From a virus, in the IMG/VR virus record IMGVR_UViG_3300046171_000284, positions 6,908-70,907 of that record: a DNA stretch of 64,000 bases; one strand, given 5' to 3'. The translations under genes were made by a program, and so were the position numbers. Below the pieces are notes generated by a model that worked only from the letters and a program-made list of their open reading frames with translations, did not search any database and had not been told where the DNA came from. This document shows positions 28,422 to 41,300 of this stretch, piece by piece (positions within the stretch are counted from its first letter, which is position 1; every line of letters starts with the position of its first letter).

Positions 28422-30176
28422 GTGTCAGACGCTGAACAGCTTCAAGACCTAATCAGGGTAGACCCTGAGCTTTGGTTTACGACCTTTGCCGTAATCAAGG
28501 ATAAACGGGGCAAGACAATTAGCCCAAAAGCCAACACCTTACAAAAAAGGATGTTTGCACATTACCGAAAATGCCAAATCGAACAAAAACCGTGCAAGAT
28601 GATAATATTAAAGCCTCGTCAAAAGGGAGCAAGCACTTGCGCCCAAGCACTGACATACCACCACATGAGGAAGCACCCCGACCTAGCGGGGTCGCTGATG
28701 GGGGACATATCGGGGACGAGCGACAAAGTATTCGAGATTTATCGGAGATACGCAGAGAACGACAGCTTTCCTTGGGACGATACAGGAACAAACCACGAAA
28801 ATGGGGGAAACCTCGTAGATCAGATTACCCTAACAAGCAAAAGTGTGTATGGAAAAGAGACCGCCGGATCAAAAAACGCGGGTCGAAGTGGGACAGTTCA
28901 AGTTGGTAATATGACTGAGGTTGCGTTTTGGACAATGCAAGGTGAAAGAGACCCTGCACTTGGCTATTTGCAATCTTTATACGATGGGGACAATGTATCA
29001 TTAGTTGTAGCCGACTCCACTCCAAATGGTCCCGTTGGATGGTTTTACCGCACATGGGTACAGGATAACGAATGGGCTAAGATATTTGCCTCATGGTGGG
29101 AGTTTGAGGATTCCGAGATACCTTTTGTTTCTGATGAACAGCTTCAGGATTTTAAGGATACTTTAACTGCCGATGAGATATCCGAGATGGAAAGATTTGA
29201 TGTCACATGGGAGCAGATGCATTGGAGAAGACGCACTCTTCAGGACAAATGCAATGGTGATGTAGCTAAGTTTAGACAGGAATACCCGTCAGATCCCGAA
29301 GAATGTTTCCTTATGTCATCCCGCCCACGCTTTCATGTGGAAAATATTAAAGCCATGCTCGATTCCTCGAAGAAGCAGACTCCTCAAATCGGTGTCATGA
29401 CATTTCAAGACGAGTCAAGAAAGGTCGCTAGTTTCCTACCCGACCGTGGCGGTCTGTGGAAAGTTTACGAAGAACCTGAATATGACTCAAAATACTTGAT
29501 TTCTGTGGATACATGCACAGGTGAAGATCAACAGACTCAGGGATTAGCCTCTGATCCTGATTGGCACAGTGCACAGGTATGGAAAGCACCCTATGAAGAT
29601 TGGCATGGCAATTGGCATGTTGCCAAATTAGTTGCCGTACACCATAGCCGATTGGATATTGGTGTGTTAGCTGAGGAAGTTGCATCCGCATCTGCGTGGT
29701 ATGGCAAAGCATTTACCGTCCCCGAAGTCAATAATTCGGGATTAGCCTTAGTTAAGTACCTATTGGACTTGGGCGTACCTGTATATCGTAGGAGAAAAAC
29801 GATTGATTCTATGGGAATTGTGGAAAAGAGCTTCGGTTGGACGACTGACAAATTGACCCGAAAAACGATAATAGACCATTTAGCTTCGGAAATTATCGAA
29901 TTTAATGTGGATATCCCTGATGAAGGCATCATGCAAGAGTTGAAAACCTTTGTCATAAATGAGAAGGGTAAGCCTGAAGGTGCTCCCGGTCATCATGACG
30001 ATCATGTATTGGCATGTGCCATTGCAGTTTACAATATTGACAGTGCATCTTCGTACAAGATGCCAAAAAAGAAACGGATTACTAATCGTATGCTTCGAAA
30101 GAACCCAAGTTTGATGTGTCCTGATGGATTTATGCGTGTCCCATTAAAGGAGTACATGCGTAATAAGCGTAGGTAG
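28422..30176 (+). CDS. terL: terminase large subunit
   Basis: ILKPRQKGAST, STPNG, FRQEYP, ISVD, PEVNNSG, HDDHVLACAIA. Confidence 0.9.
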   Translation: MSDAEQLQDLIRVDPELWFTTFAVIKDKRGKTISPKANTLQKRMFAHYRKCQIEQKPCKMIILKPRQKGASTCAQALTYHHMRKHPDLAGSLMGDISGTSDKVFEIYRRYAENDSFPWDDTGTNHENGGNLVDQITLTSKSVYGKETAGSKNAGRSGTVQVGNMTEVAFWTMQGERDPALGYLQSLYDGDNVSLVVADSTPNGPVGWFYRTWVQDNEWAKIFASWWEFEDSEIPFVSDEQLQDFKDTLTADEISEMERFDVTWEQMHWRRRTLQDKCNGDVAKFRQEYPSDPEECFLMSSRPRFHVENIKAMLDSSKKQTPQIGVMTFQDESRKVASFLPDRGGLWKVYEEPEYDSKYLISVDTCTGEDQQTQGLASDPDWHSAQVWKAPYEDWHGNWHVAKLVAVHHSRLDIGVLAEEVASASAWYGKAFTVPEVNNSGLALVKYLLDLGVPVYRRRKTIDSMGIVEKSFGWTTDKLTRKTIIDHLASEIIEFNVDIPDEGIMQELKTFVINEKGKPEGAPGHHDDHVLACAIAVYNIDSASSYKMPKKKRITNRMLRKNPSLMCPDGFMRVPLKEYMRNKRR

Positions 30177-30232
30177 TTAGTCCAAATGCAATCGGTTGAG
30201 GGCGTTATACCCGATTGTATATTCTTTCCCTT

Positions 30233-32305
30233 ATGGGACTACTGATGACAGGGACATTGTGGGGTTTAGGCTTATGGGGTGCTAAAACTCTTTACGATCA
30301 AATATTTGGAGAAGGTTCTTCTGAAGGGCTGAGTGAGGAAGAACTTCAGGAGGGTCTCGATAATAGCCCCTTGGATAAGGACGCTTTTTTACAAAGTGAT
30401 GAGGGTCAAGCTCTGATGCAACAATCTATGGCAATGGGTCAGGCTCAGGCTCAGGCTCAGCAACAGGGCAATCAATTTCAGAGAGATCCCAACACCCCAA
30501 TGGGTCGGTCTAATCAGCTTTATGCCGAAGCATCTCAAATGGCAGACACCGTAAAAAGCGGTACTCGAACATTGCCAAATCGCGAGAAACAGCTTCGCAA
30601 AGCTATGGCACATACTGAGACTCTTCAGGCTTTAAAAGATAGCCAAATGAGGACTCGTGATTTCGATAAAGCTAAAAGCCGATGGGATCACCTCGGAATG
30701 GATCGTAGCTTTAATCAGCTATCCGAACAGGAGAAGCAAAAATTTTCTGATGGTGTAAAGCATGGTAGTATGAAATGGAATCGTGCTGATTGGGAAAACC
30801 CACAGCCGACCACCACATCTAACAGTACCACGCCTACGGCTACTAATCCGGGCAAGACTAATCCCGCACCCGCCACCCCTGAGGGCGGACCCTCTACTTT
30901 TGATAAGATTGCGGAGGGCATTAAGGATGGTTTTGACAAAGGCATTAAAAAAATACTTCCCGAAGAAAAAGAGGGTGAAGGCACTGTATTAAAGCCCGAA
31001 GAAACGCCCACTAGCCCTAGAGTTCCTGACGGAAACGGCGGTTACTCTCAAGCAGATCCCTTGCTACCCCAACCTAAAGCACCTGCACCCACTAGCCCTA
31101 GAGTTCCTGACGGAAAAGGGGGCTACTCTCAAGCAGACCCATTACTTCCCAAGCCTAAAGCACCCCCTCCTTCTTCAGGAGGTATTCCTACCGTACCTAT
31201 TTACACTCAACCCCCTAAGACCGACAGACCGTCCAATGCCGAAACAATTGGTAATGTCGTTGGACCTATTTACGACAGAGTAATTAGAGATGGTATCAAC
31301 GGTATAACTAATAGCGATATAGCCCCCTCAGCTAGAGAAATTAGCGAAATACCGGGAAACATTAAAAGTGCATACAGCGGAGTCAGCCCTGAACAGCATA
31401 AGGCGATCATGGAGAAATACTCTAAGCCCAAAACCGCCACAGGCACAATGGGAGGAGCATTTGATGCGGGAGGAGGTTTTGGACCCGAAACTGTTACCCT
31501 CCCTCCAACAGATCCTTTTGGACAGCCTTTAGATTCCAACGCAACTCCCGTTAGTCCTAGCGAACTCCCATCCCTTGACCCTAGTGCTCCTCCCAACGCT
31601 CAACCGCCAAATCAGGTTGAAACACCGATGGATTCGCAATACAACATACCCGGTCCCACTTTGCCACTAGCACCGGGTCAGAGAGAGTTTTTAGAAGGCG
31701 AGATTGCTAAGGGTCCTCAAGTATCTCCCCCTCCGAGGGAGATACCCCGCTTCGACTCTCAGGATGTCACAAAAGTAACTGAGGAAATTTTACCGTCCCA
31801 TACGGAAAAACCTGCACAAGGCATAGTATCTAAACCGATTGAGCCGGGCAAGCGTCCTCATCGTGGCAGATTCAAAAACCGCCCACTTGACGGACCCCCA
31901 CAGGGTGCATTTCATAAAGCACCCGGTCGCCCTGAAGGCGTAGTATTTAACGATCCCAAAGCAAGAAAAGCCGAGCAAGAAAGAGTTTACAGAGATACAA
32001 TGGCAAAAGTACCTATTGTTTCCACTGTTAACGGCAGACCTCAGATTACAGGTTACAAAACAAAAGAGCTTATGCGTCAAGGTATGGGCGGTAAGAGTGT
32101 AAAATGGGATGTCGACTCTGAAAAATATGCAGGTGCTGAAGACCCGTTCGGTGGTCCTTCAGGCTATGCAAAATTTGATGGAACAATACCAAAAATGGAT
32201 AATGGTCAAGTTGAAGTCCCTAAAAACACTAATGTAGCTACAGTTTCTGATTTTGACGACCCTCTTAAGAAAAAGCGTAAGAAGAGAATTGGTCAAATAG
32301 CCTAA
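30233..32305 (+). CDS. Pro-rich, likely disordered internal virion/ejection protein
   Basis: Hydrophobic N-terminus and low complexity; precedes the giant protein. ATG 30233 preferred because of the upstream promoter-like motif. Confidence 0.55.
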   Translation: MGLLMTGTLWGLGLWGAKTLYDQIFGEGSSEGLSEEELQEGLDNSPLDKDAFLQSDEGQALMQQSMAMGQAQAQAQQQGNQFQRDPNTPMGRSNQLYAEASQMADTVKSGTRTLPNREKQLRKAMAHTETLQALKDSQMRTRDFDKAKSRWDHLGMDRSFNQLSEQEKQKFSDGVKHGSMKWNRADWENPQPTTTSNSTTPTATNPGKTNPAPATPEGGPSTFDKIAEGIKDGFDKGIKKILPEEKEGEGTVLKPEETPTSPRVPDGNGGYSQADPLLPQPKAPAPTSPRVPDGKGGYSQADPLLPKPKAPPPSSGGIPTVPIYTQPPKTDRPSNAETIGNVVGPIYDRVIRDGINGITNSDIAPSAREISEIPGNIKSAYSGVSPEQHKAIMEKYSKPKTATGTMGGAFDAGGGFGPETVTLPPTDPFGQPLDSNATPVSPSELPSLDPSAPPNAQPPNQVETPMDSQYNIPGPTLPLAPGQREFLEGEIAKGPQVSPPPREIPRFDSQDVTKVTEEILPSHTEKPAQGIVSKPIEPGKRPHRGRFKNRPLDGPPQGAFHKAPGRPEGVVFNDPKARKAEQERVYRDTMAKVPIVSTVNGRPQITGYKTKELMRQGMGGKSVKWDVDSEKYAGAEDPFGGPSGYAKFDGTIPKMDNGQVEVPKNTNVATVSDFDDPLKKKRKKRIGQIA
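31007..31164 (+). repeat. 81-bp-period in-frame duplication
   Basis: PTSPRVPDG(N/K)GGYSQADPLLP(Q/K)PKAP occurs twice. Confidence 0.9.
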
Positions 32306-32311
32306 ATCTCC

Positions 32312-35300
32312 ATGTCACTTTTCGAAGAAGAGGTGTTCCGTGATCCCTTAGCCAAGGGCGATGATAAAGTTTTCGATCTTGGTTTTGATCTTGGCGACCC
32401 TCCTAAAAACACTTACGGCATAGGACAGCCTCAACAGCCCCAAATAGGTGAATATGAACCTACATACGATCCTGTAGAAGGACCACAGCCTGACCCTGCC
32501 AACGAGCCCGTTTATCGGGACTATTTAGCTTTTAAGGATAATTTAGGCAGAGTTGGTTCCGAGCTTACTGATTTTAATTACCGTAGTTCGTCCTCCAACA
32601 AAAGGTATGATTCTTTCTTTGATGAGAAACTACCCTCGATTTACTCTGACCTTACGGGCTATGAAATGCCTGATAATGTCAGTAAAGCAAATCGTAAGAC
32701 CTTATTAGAAGACCTAGAAAATCAGTATTCTGATGCCGAAAGAAAAGTCTTAAAAGGTAATGAGAATTTCCTTGGATTAGGTGAAGATGAAGCATTCGAA
32801 CAGGCTAAAGCATTTGCCACACCTGAGCGTAAAAAGCTCATTGGCAGTTTAAGAAAAGAGCATGACAGACTAGAGCTTGAACGCGACGAATATGCTCGGA
32901 GAGCATATGAGAAAAGAATGGAAAGAGACCGTATGCTTGAGCAAAGGTCGCAGGTTCCACATATTATCCGTGCTGAAGCAGAGGAATGGGCTAAGCGTGA
33001 GCGTAGTTTACTAGCATCAGGTACTAAAAAGAACAAACTTTCATATGAGCAGATCCAACAAAAGCTAGATGCCCGATACCGTTCGGTTGATCCGTTTGGC
33101 GGTATGCTTGACAAGTCTGAACTTAGTTCCTCTGAGCGTGTTGAAGCTAGAAAAGCGTTAGAACTACTATCATGGTCTAAGAAAGAGACTGATTCCTTTA
33201 GAGGTCAGGGCGGGATTGTTTCCAATAATGGATTCGTGAACGGTTATCCTGTTGGTTTAACGGGTGCTGAGAGGGAGGCTTTGGAGGTTGCCGACCTTAG
33301 AAAAGCAGGGATTACCACTTACAAAGGCAAACCGATTGAGGAAGCCTTGGAAGCCCTTGGCGGTCAGGAAAAAGTTGAGGCTTTAACAGCTATTTCTAGT
33401 ACCCTGAAGCTACACACTGCATACACAAACGCAGGTGTTGAGTTATGGAGTAAATGGAATCAGGAAGGACACGAAGAAAGACAGGCTGAGTATGATATGG
33501 CACAATCCGCAGTCCAACGGGCGTTGGGTAACGCGGGTGCGATGGGTCTTACAAATGACATAGTTAGACGAAACCCTTCTGCTTGGTGGTTTGACCACAT
33601 GTTAAATGCATCTAAGCGTGGATGGGATCGCACTGACGGCACTCCCCGAAACATTGCTCGTATCATAGCAGGTGACGGAGGTATTGACCGATCCGCATTA
33701 TCTAAAGTTGTAGAAGCATCTCAGCTTGAAAGACAGAGTCCACGATCTAAGGACTACGATAATTACATGAACGCCCTTCACAACAAGGGTGGTTCCAAAG
33801 GTTTTTACGATGCTTTCTTAACATTGACTGACGATAAGCAATGGAAGGGCAGTGCGATGACCGTGCTGACCGAAATGATGGTCGAATCTCTTGCCTCATT
33901 AATTCCATTAGTTGCGAACAACATTAAGGATGCAGGTATCCCTGTTCTTGGTGCGTCTCTTCTTGAATCATTTTTAACCAAAAAACCAAATAAAACGCTT
34001 TTAAAAATACTCGGCAGAAATGCCGGACTCGCGATAAAGGGTTCGTATGGTGTCGCATCTTTTCAATTAGGATACATTGGTAAGCTCTTGGAGGACATGA
34101 GCGAATTGGGAGTTGATATAAACAACCCCGATCACATGTTATCTGCATGGAATAACCCCGAAATTAATGAGAGACTGCGTAGACGGGCTCGAAATTATGC
34201 GGGTGGCTTAGCGTTCTTTGAAATGTTGGGTGTGGGCTTAATGGGTCGTGCTAGTAAACTGCTCAATGGTCCCACGAAGTTCTTAGGCAAGACAAGTCTT
34301 GGTAAGTATGCACTTGCCCCTGCTATCAAATCCACTGCCGAACTAGGCTTGGACATGGGTACAGGTATGGCATCTGAATATGCAGGTTTTGTCCTATCAA
34401 AAGACCCCGGTGAAAAGACTCCATACGATGACATTCTCATAGAAGGCGCGGCTGAATTAGGACCCGGTATTGTATCCACAGGCATAAACTTCGCCACTCC
34501 TCAGCTTGGGGATATGTGGAAGTCTAGCACCCCTAGAAAACCACAGGATATTGTTGATGATGGCACAGGCAATGAGACTCAGGTTCTAACCGACCCCGTT
34601 TCTGACCCTAATCGTTCAGGTATCGTCACATCTACACAGACCTACAAAGGCATGGAGTTTGAAGCTACAAGCTATTCCAATCTTGAAGCTTTCGATGATA
34701 ATTTCGTAACTGACATAAAAAACGCCACAGGTGTCGAGCTTGATGCCAACGACTCTCTTGCGGTTAAAGCTTTTGTAGCCAATGGAATATTTCGCCCTGA
34801 CTCAGCTATTTCTCCTGACAAAGTCGATTTTTTCTTTGGCAGTCTGCCCGATCAAGCCCCCGGTCGCTACATTAATGAGGGTAACGGTCGTGTTCTAATC
34901 GCAATCGACCCTGTACGAGCAAAAGAGCTTGGATTTACAGTAGCAGAAACATTTATACATGAGGGCGGTCACTTCGCTGAGGATTTCATTCTTGGAGAGG
35001 GCGAGGTTCAGGGTTTTTGGGATGAACTTACTGACGAGCAAAAGAAAAGAAATGCATTAGAATATGCCACGCTTGCTCGCCCTGATGGACCTGCTACCGA
35101 TGTCACTCAGTTAAATGAAAACGAAAAAGCAGTTTATGAGTATTTACTAGATAACGAAAAGAAAAACCGATCCGAATGGTTGACTCTTCAAATTGCCCGT
35201 GTTCTTCGTGGCGATGTTGACAAAGAAGGTTTTCCTCCCGGTCTTTGGTCAGGTATTCAAAAAATAATCATGTTCTTCCGCTCATCTATCGAAAAGATGT

Positions 35301-38300
35301 TCGGATCTGAAGACCTTGCCCCTAATAGCAAAGAAGCAAAGGCTGAAATGGATCAGTACCTTTATGAGGTATTGATGGAAGGTAAAAAAGCTAGAAGTGG
35401 TACAGAAGCAGTAGCATCCCCTCAGCCAACAGCAACAGCCCCTGAGCCAACCATTATTTCGGACGGATTTGATGTCGATTCGGAGACAGGCGATTTAACA
35501 CCTGTTGACCCTACTAAACCCAATGAATCCGCTCGACAGCAAGGCATTAATATTACTAGGGAAGGTGACGAAGCAAAATTCTTACTCTCCCCTAGACAAC
35601 AAGATGCGATCAAAGTTCGTATTAAAAGAGGGGAAGACCCTGAGAAAATAATAAAATGGGCGGTTAAAAATACTAAAAAGCCCGAAGGCGTGGTCAGATC
35701 CTATGTCGAATCGGTACTAAAAGAAGGCGGTATCCAAAAACCAAAAGGACCTGCCGTTGCCGAAAAACCGAAAAAAGCGTCTGACCCTAAGCCTGAGAGC
35801 GAGCCCGTACAATCTGAGCCCAAACCCAAAGCGGAACCCCAAGCTGAGACTGAGCCCCAAGCTGAGCCCCAAGCGGAGACACCCAAATTCAAACCGCTCG
35901 GAGATGCTGAGAAAAGAGCAATAGCTAAGAATGTAAGGGAGGGCATGAAAAAAGGTCTTTCCCCCAAGAGTATTACTGACGATCTATTAAAAAAGGACAC
36001 TAAAAATCAATACGACCCGAAAGAAGTCCGTGCCTATGTAATCAGAGTTGTAGATTACGATAAGAAAAAAGCATCAGAAACTCCCATCGCCCCTGACCCT
36101 CCGAAAGAAACTTTTAAACCGTTTACAGAAGAAACTAAAAAGAAACTAGCCCCTAGAATTAGGGATGGTATTAAAAAAGGTTTTTCCGCTAGTCAGATTG
36201 CCGATGTTTTTATTAAGCAGAATAAGGGCAAATATGACCCGAAGGAAATTAAGGCTTATATTCAAAGGGTCATAGATTACGACAAGAACAAATCCGAGCC
36301 TAAGACCGAGCCCAAGCCCAAGCCCAAGCCCAAGCCCAAGCCCAAGGACGAAATTCCTGAAATCGCACCTGATGACCCTGAGTTTATAAGACTATTTAAG
36401 CTTGAAGAGAAGGCTATCGAAGAGGCACGAGCAAATTATGATTTGTGGCAAGACGGAAAAATAACCGATGAGGAGATGGATGCGTCTCAGGCTAGAGCGA
36501 AAGAAGCAGAGAAAGCTACTTACGACTATATAATGTCGAAGAAAAATAAGCCTAAAGACGAAGGCGTAGATTTAGGTAAAGCCACAGTTAAGTTTACAAA
36601 AGCCGAGCTTCAGGAATTGGTTGATGGCGGTATGACTGTAGCCGAAGCCAAGAAAACACTTATAGCAAAGTATGCAAAAGACGCAAAGGTAACAAAGACC
36701 GAGCCTAAGCCTAAGATTGACATACAGAAATTTTACGATCTTTACGATCAGGCATTCGTCAATGCCAATGCTCCTAGTTTCAGTAACGAGGGTAAGCTTT
36801 CAAAATCACAGGTCATTCAAAAAGTTCTCATGGATAATATTGAGAACATACCTGCGGAAGACTTTGCTTATGTCGAGCAAGCTTTAATCAAGCGTTCCCA
36901 ACAAGGTCAGCAAGAATTTGATCTATCTGCACCCGGTACTATCATACCTACTTTAGGAGATAAAAAAGCTCAGCAAGTAAGAGGTTCAGTTCGTGGCGTA
37001 CTAAACTTTTTAGAAGAGTTTAATGTATCCGTAGAAGAGGCAGACAATTTCTTAGTGGATCTATCCGCCAAGAAACTAGTAGTTAATTTCGATCCTAAAA
37101 ATGTAGATAAGTTATCTGACGCATTAGCACAGTCCGTAGCTACATTAATCTCAGGCACTGATCTGTACAGACAGTTTTCCTACGATGTTGTCGGCAGGGA
37201 TGCCAAAAAGTCGAAAGCATTTTACGAAGAACAAACAAAAAGGTTTCAAAATTTTTACAAAGAAAACTTTTCTGACACTCCCTACAACGAGTGGATAACC
37301 ACTAAAGACGCTAGAACCACATGGTATAATTTCGGTAGGCAAGTCTACAAAGACATGATTGTCGGCGTTTTAGGCGGTAACATATTGGAGAAAATATCCA
37401 AGGATATTCAGTTACCAAAATCTTATATTCAAAAAATTAAGGATTTTGTAAAAGGTTTATTTTCCAAACTTTCAGGCGTAAATACTGAGGAACTTTCCAA
37501 GTACTTAAGGGGTGTCACAAAAGATGCTTTTTTGGGAAATACTAGTCCTTACACAATCAAAGGTTCTCAGATCCGTAAGGACATATCTTACGATAATATT
37601 TACAATACTGACTACGCCTTAAATGCGTTCAAACACGCGGGTGATGTAGTTAAGAAACTCACAAAGGATAGCAGATTTGCACTGACAGGTAGTTTAGCAC
37701 TTGCCTCAAAAGGGCTCGTTTACCGACCTAAAGGCGAACCTGTCCACGACTTAGACTACGCATTTGATGGGTCGCAAGAAGAGTTAGTTAAGGCAATGGA
37801 GAAACTCTTACCCAATGCACTTCCCCGCCGTGCTTTTAAATCTAGTTCAGGAGTACTGAACGCACCTTACATCATCCCCGAAGAAGGATTCAGAGTTGAG
37901 GAAGTTTCGAATGGAAAGCTCAAATGGTACGACCTTAAGACAGGTAAAGAGGTTAAAAGCGGGGCTTATGTGACCTCCGATTTTTTCATTGGAGCGGTTA
38001 CAGACGAGGAGACTTTTAACTATAATTGGAAAACTAGAAACGGTAGTTTAGTGCCAATTAAGTTTACTAGACCGGGAGTAATTTTCGATGCCAAACTTGG
38101 TTACTCCCGAAAGAAAGACATTTTTGATTATCAGCAGTACACCGAGGATAGGGATAAATTATTAAGTGCTAAAGACAGAGAAAACAAAGTCGGCAATCTT
38201 TTAAAAAGGTCTACCTTTTCCGACCTATCTGCCCCCGGCGGAACGCCCATACGAGAAGAATTCGGGGTAGGCGGTTTAGCTAACATAAGAGGGTCTGACT

Positions 38301-41300
38301 ACACCAAGAAGTTTGCCGACACTGCGGAAGTAATGGGTCATCTTACTGAAACATTTCAAGAAAAACTAGGGGACGAAAATTTTAAATTTACTCAGGGTCA
38401 GGCACACGCAATTAACGACATTGCTGATGTATTTGGCTTAGGTATAGATGAATATAGCGGTAAGCCTTCTAATAAGTATGTATTAAAAGGGTATGCCGGA
38501 ACAGGTAAGACCACGATGGTTCAAGCCCTCATGCAGATGATGGAGATTCAGAACAGTGCAAACGGGGGCGGTGCTAGGTTTGTTTGGACAGGGTTTACCA
38601 ACAATGTCGCTAACATGGGTAAGAGCGTTTTTGACAGTGCCACTCTCGATCAGCGTTCAGGCAGATTCATATCAGGCACTTCCTCTAGTTTATTCCATTC
38701 GGGTCAAAAAGATTTAGATGTTAGCGACAGGTTAGGTGACTTTATCAAATATAGTAATGAACCAATTTATGTATTTGTTGACGAAGCATCGCTTTACCCT
38801 GAGCCCGACATCAAAAAAATGGTTAAGTATGCTGACCATGCCTTTAGAACATTCGAAAAAGATATACGCTTCGTTTTCTTAGGCGACCCCGGACAGATAA
38901 GGAATCAACGCTTTTCAGGTAAACACAATCCTTTACTTAAACCTGACATACCTAACACAACCCTTACTGAGATTACCCGTCAGTCTTCGGGCGAAATTCT
39001 AGATTTCGTTACCGCATTACGCACATTACCTGAAGGCAATAAAGCACCTGCCTACCCAATATCTTCAAAGGGACAGGTTCAAGTATATGGTAGAAAAAAA
39101 CAAAGAGACTTTGATTTAAGTCTCCACGACGCTTTCAAATCAAACCCGAAAAGTACAATAGCTCTGTCCTATCGTAATGTTGATGTGGTTAATAACAACG
39201 CATTAGCAAGGCGAGCCGTTTTAGGCATCGATGAAAAAGAAATACCCTCTGACAAGATTTTAAAAGTTCTAGCCAAGGACTTAGTTAATGGGGAGCGTCT
39301 TAATATTTTGGAGACCCCAAAAAACGATGATTTAAGGAAAGTGGAAGGGCTTGCAAACGGAGCTACATTTGATGTTAAAAATGTTAGAAAACAGCACGGT
39401 TTTGACCAAAACAACGGTAACTCCGATTTTATGCTTTCTTTAAAGAAAGGCGGTAAAGTTAATTTACCTGCTAGCATATATGTTGCGGACATTTACGAAC
39501 CTTCAAATAATAAGTTAGTTGAAAGGGATGTACCCCTTTTACTTATACCTGCTAGTGGTAAAATAAAGAACGGTGAAAAAACCACTAACTACGCAAGTTC
39601 CGCAAGAAAGATAACCGTCAATTCTAACGCCCCTAAAGCGGTTGTTGACCGAATAAATCAGGGCGACTATGTCGTAGCTACTTTCGGATACGGTGTTACC
39701 CTCCACCGCTCCCAAGGATTACAGTATGACAATGTCTTCGTTAATGGATTAAATGAAGACATAAGACCAAATCAAAAAGGGAGTTACCGAGCAGGTGCTG
39801 ATGACAATTCCCGATTACTGTATGTTGGTGCATCTCGTGCGACTAAAAAACTACATATTCAAATCCCCGCCGTCCCTAATAACAGAAATATCAATAGACA
39901 AGACAATGACCTGTATGCAAAAACGGTTGGCGATAAAAAAATACCCACTAGTTATGGTTGGAGTTGGAAGCAGATTTCCAATCGTGTCAAGTATACCGAT
40001 GATGAGGAGTATAGGAATGAGCCACGGGATAGTGATCGCTTCGGTCCTTATGATCGTGAAAATAGAGACCTTTCTGCACCGGGCGGTATATTCTTACCAC
40101 CGGGCATAACTCCGGGCTCAAAACCCCTTTCCTTAGATCGAAATGCTTCAAAGGTGACATACACTGACAAGTTTTCCTACATGGCAGACTTATTTCAATT
40201 TGCAGACCCTAACGATCCAAAATTTAATAATTTCTTAAACTCTTTTGTTACAGATTATGTAGTCCCAATGGCTGAACAGGGCAGGTATTTTAAATACACC
40301 CCTAACATGAATCAGTTCTACGAAAACCCAATGGGTTCGATTGAAACAACTCCTGATTTGATGAAGGTTTCCTTTGAGACATATGACGATGCTCCCCTAA
40401 GGCGTAGAATTTATAATAGACTGAGTGTCGGAACGACTGAAGAGGCTAGACAAGCAATGTTGGACGATATGCAAAGACTGCGTAAAGGCAGAATTTTGAA
40501 CCTATCTTTAAGAAACCTCGCCGTCTCCTTAATGGACCCCGACTTTGCACAGCGTGATCTACCGATTAACAGTTTAAAAAATGAAGGGCTAGTGCCGTCC
40601 CTATTAGATGAGAATATTGATGTCATGAATCTTCAGCGTGAAGATCTCAGAAATCATGTAAAAGGGTATCTTAATAGATTAAAGCAACAGAAGTTGTCTC
40701 AGGATTATAAAAACTCAATGCTTTTCCACTTAAAGACCCTTATCAACGCTCAGATATCGGGTAAGAAAAGTATTCTTCAGGGTCGCAGTATAAAGACTTT
40801 AAAACTTGCAAGCTACATGTTAAAGCGTTCAAGCACTTTAGATAAGGAGATTTTTGGTGCTATTGGTAATGCCGACCCTAAAAAATCAGCTACAGAAAAT
40901 GTCGCATACTTTTTCGATAGTTTACTAGACAGGAACCCAAACCTACCTGAACTCGACCTCAAAAATCTAAAAGTACCTAACGCAAATAAGTTTAATTTAA
41001 CTTCAGGTCTAGCCCTCGGATCGGATTCATATTTCGCTGAGTTAGCTGAGCTATTTGGCTTAGACATCACACATTTTGTGGAGAGTGCTAAAAAAGGACA
41101 TGCATTTAAGAAAAAGCCTTGGGCTCATGGAAGTGCTACTTTCCCCGACCTTTCCAATGGTAGTTTATTAAGAGCTTTTGAAAACGCCAACACCTTTTAT
41201 GCTCGTGCCTTTCAAAGAGATAAATCTTGGGATGACAAAAAAAATGTTCTTTTAAAAAGGAATTTTTATCAGATTTTCCCCGAAGTTAATAAAACAGGGA

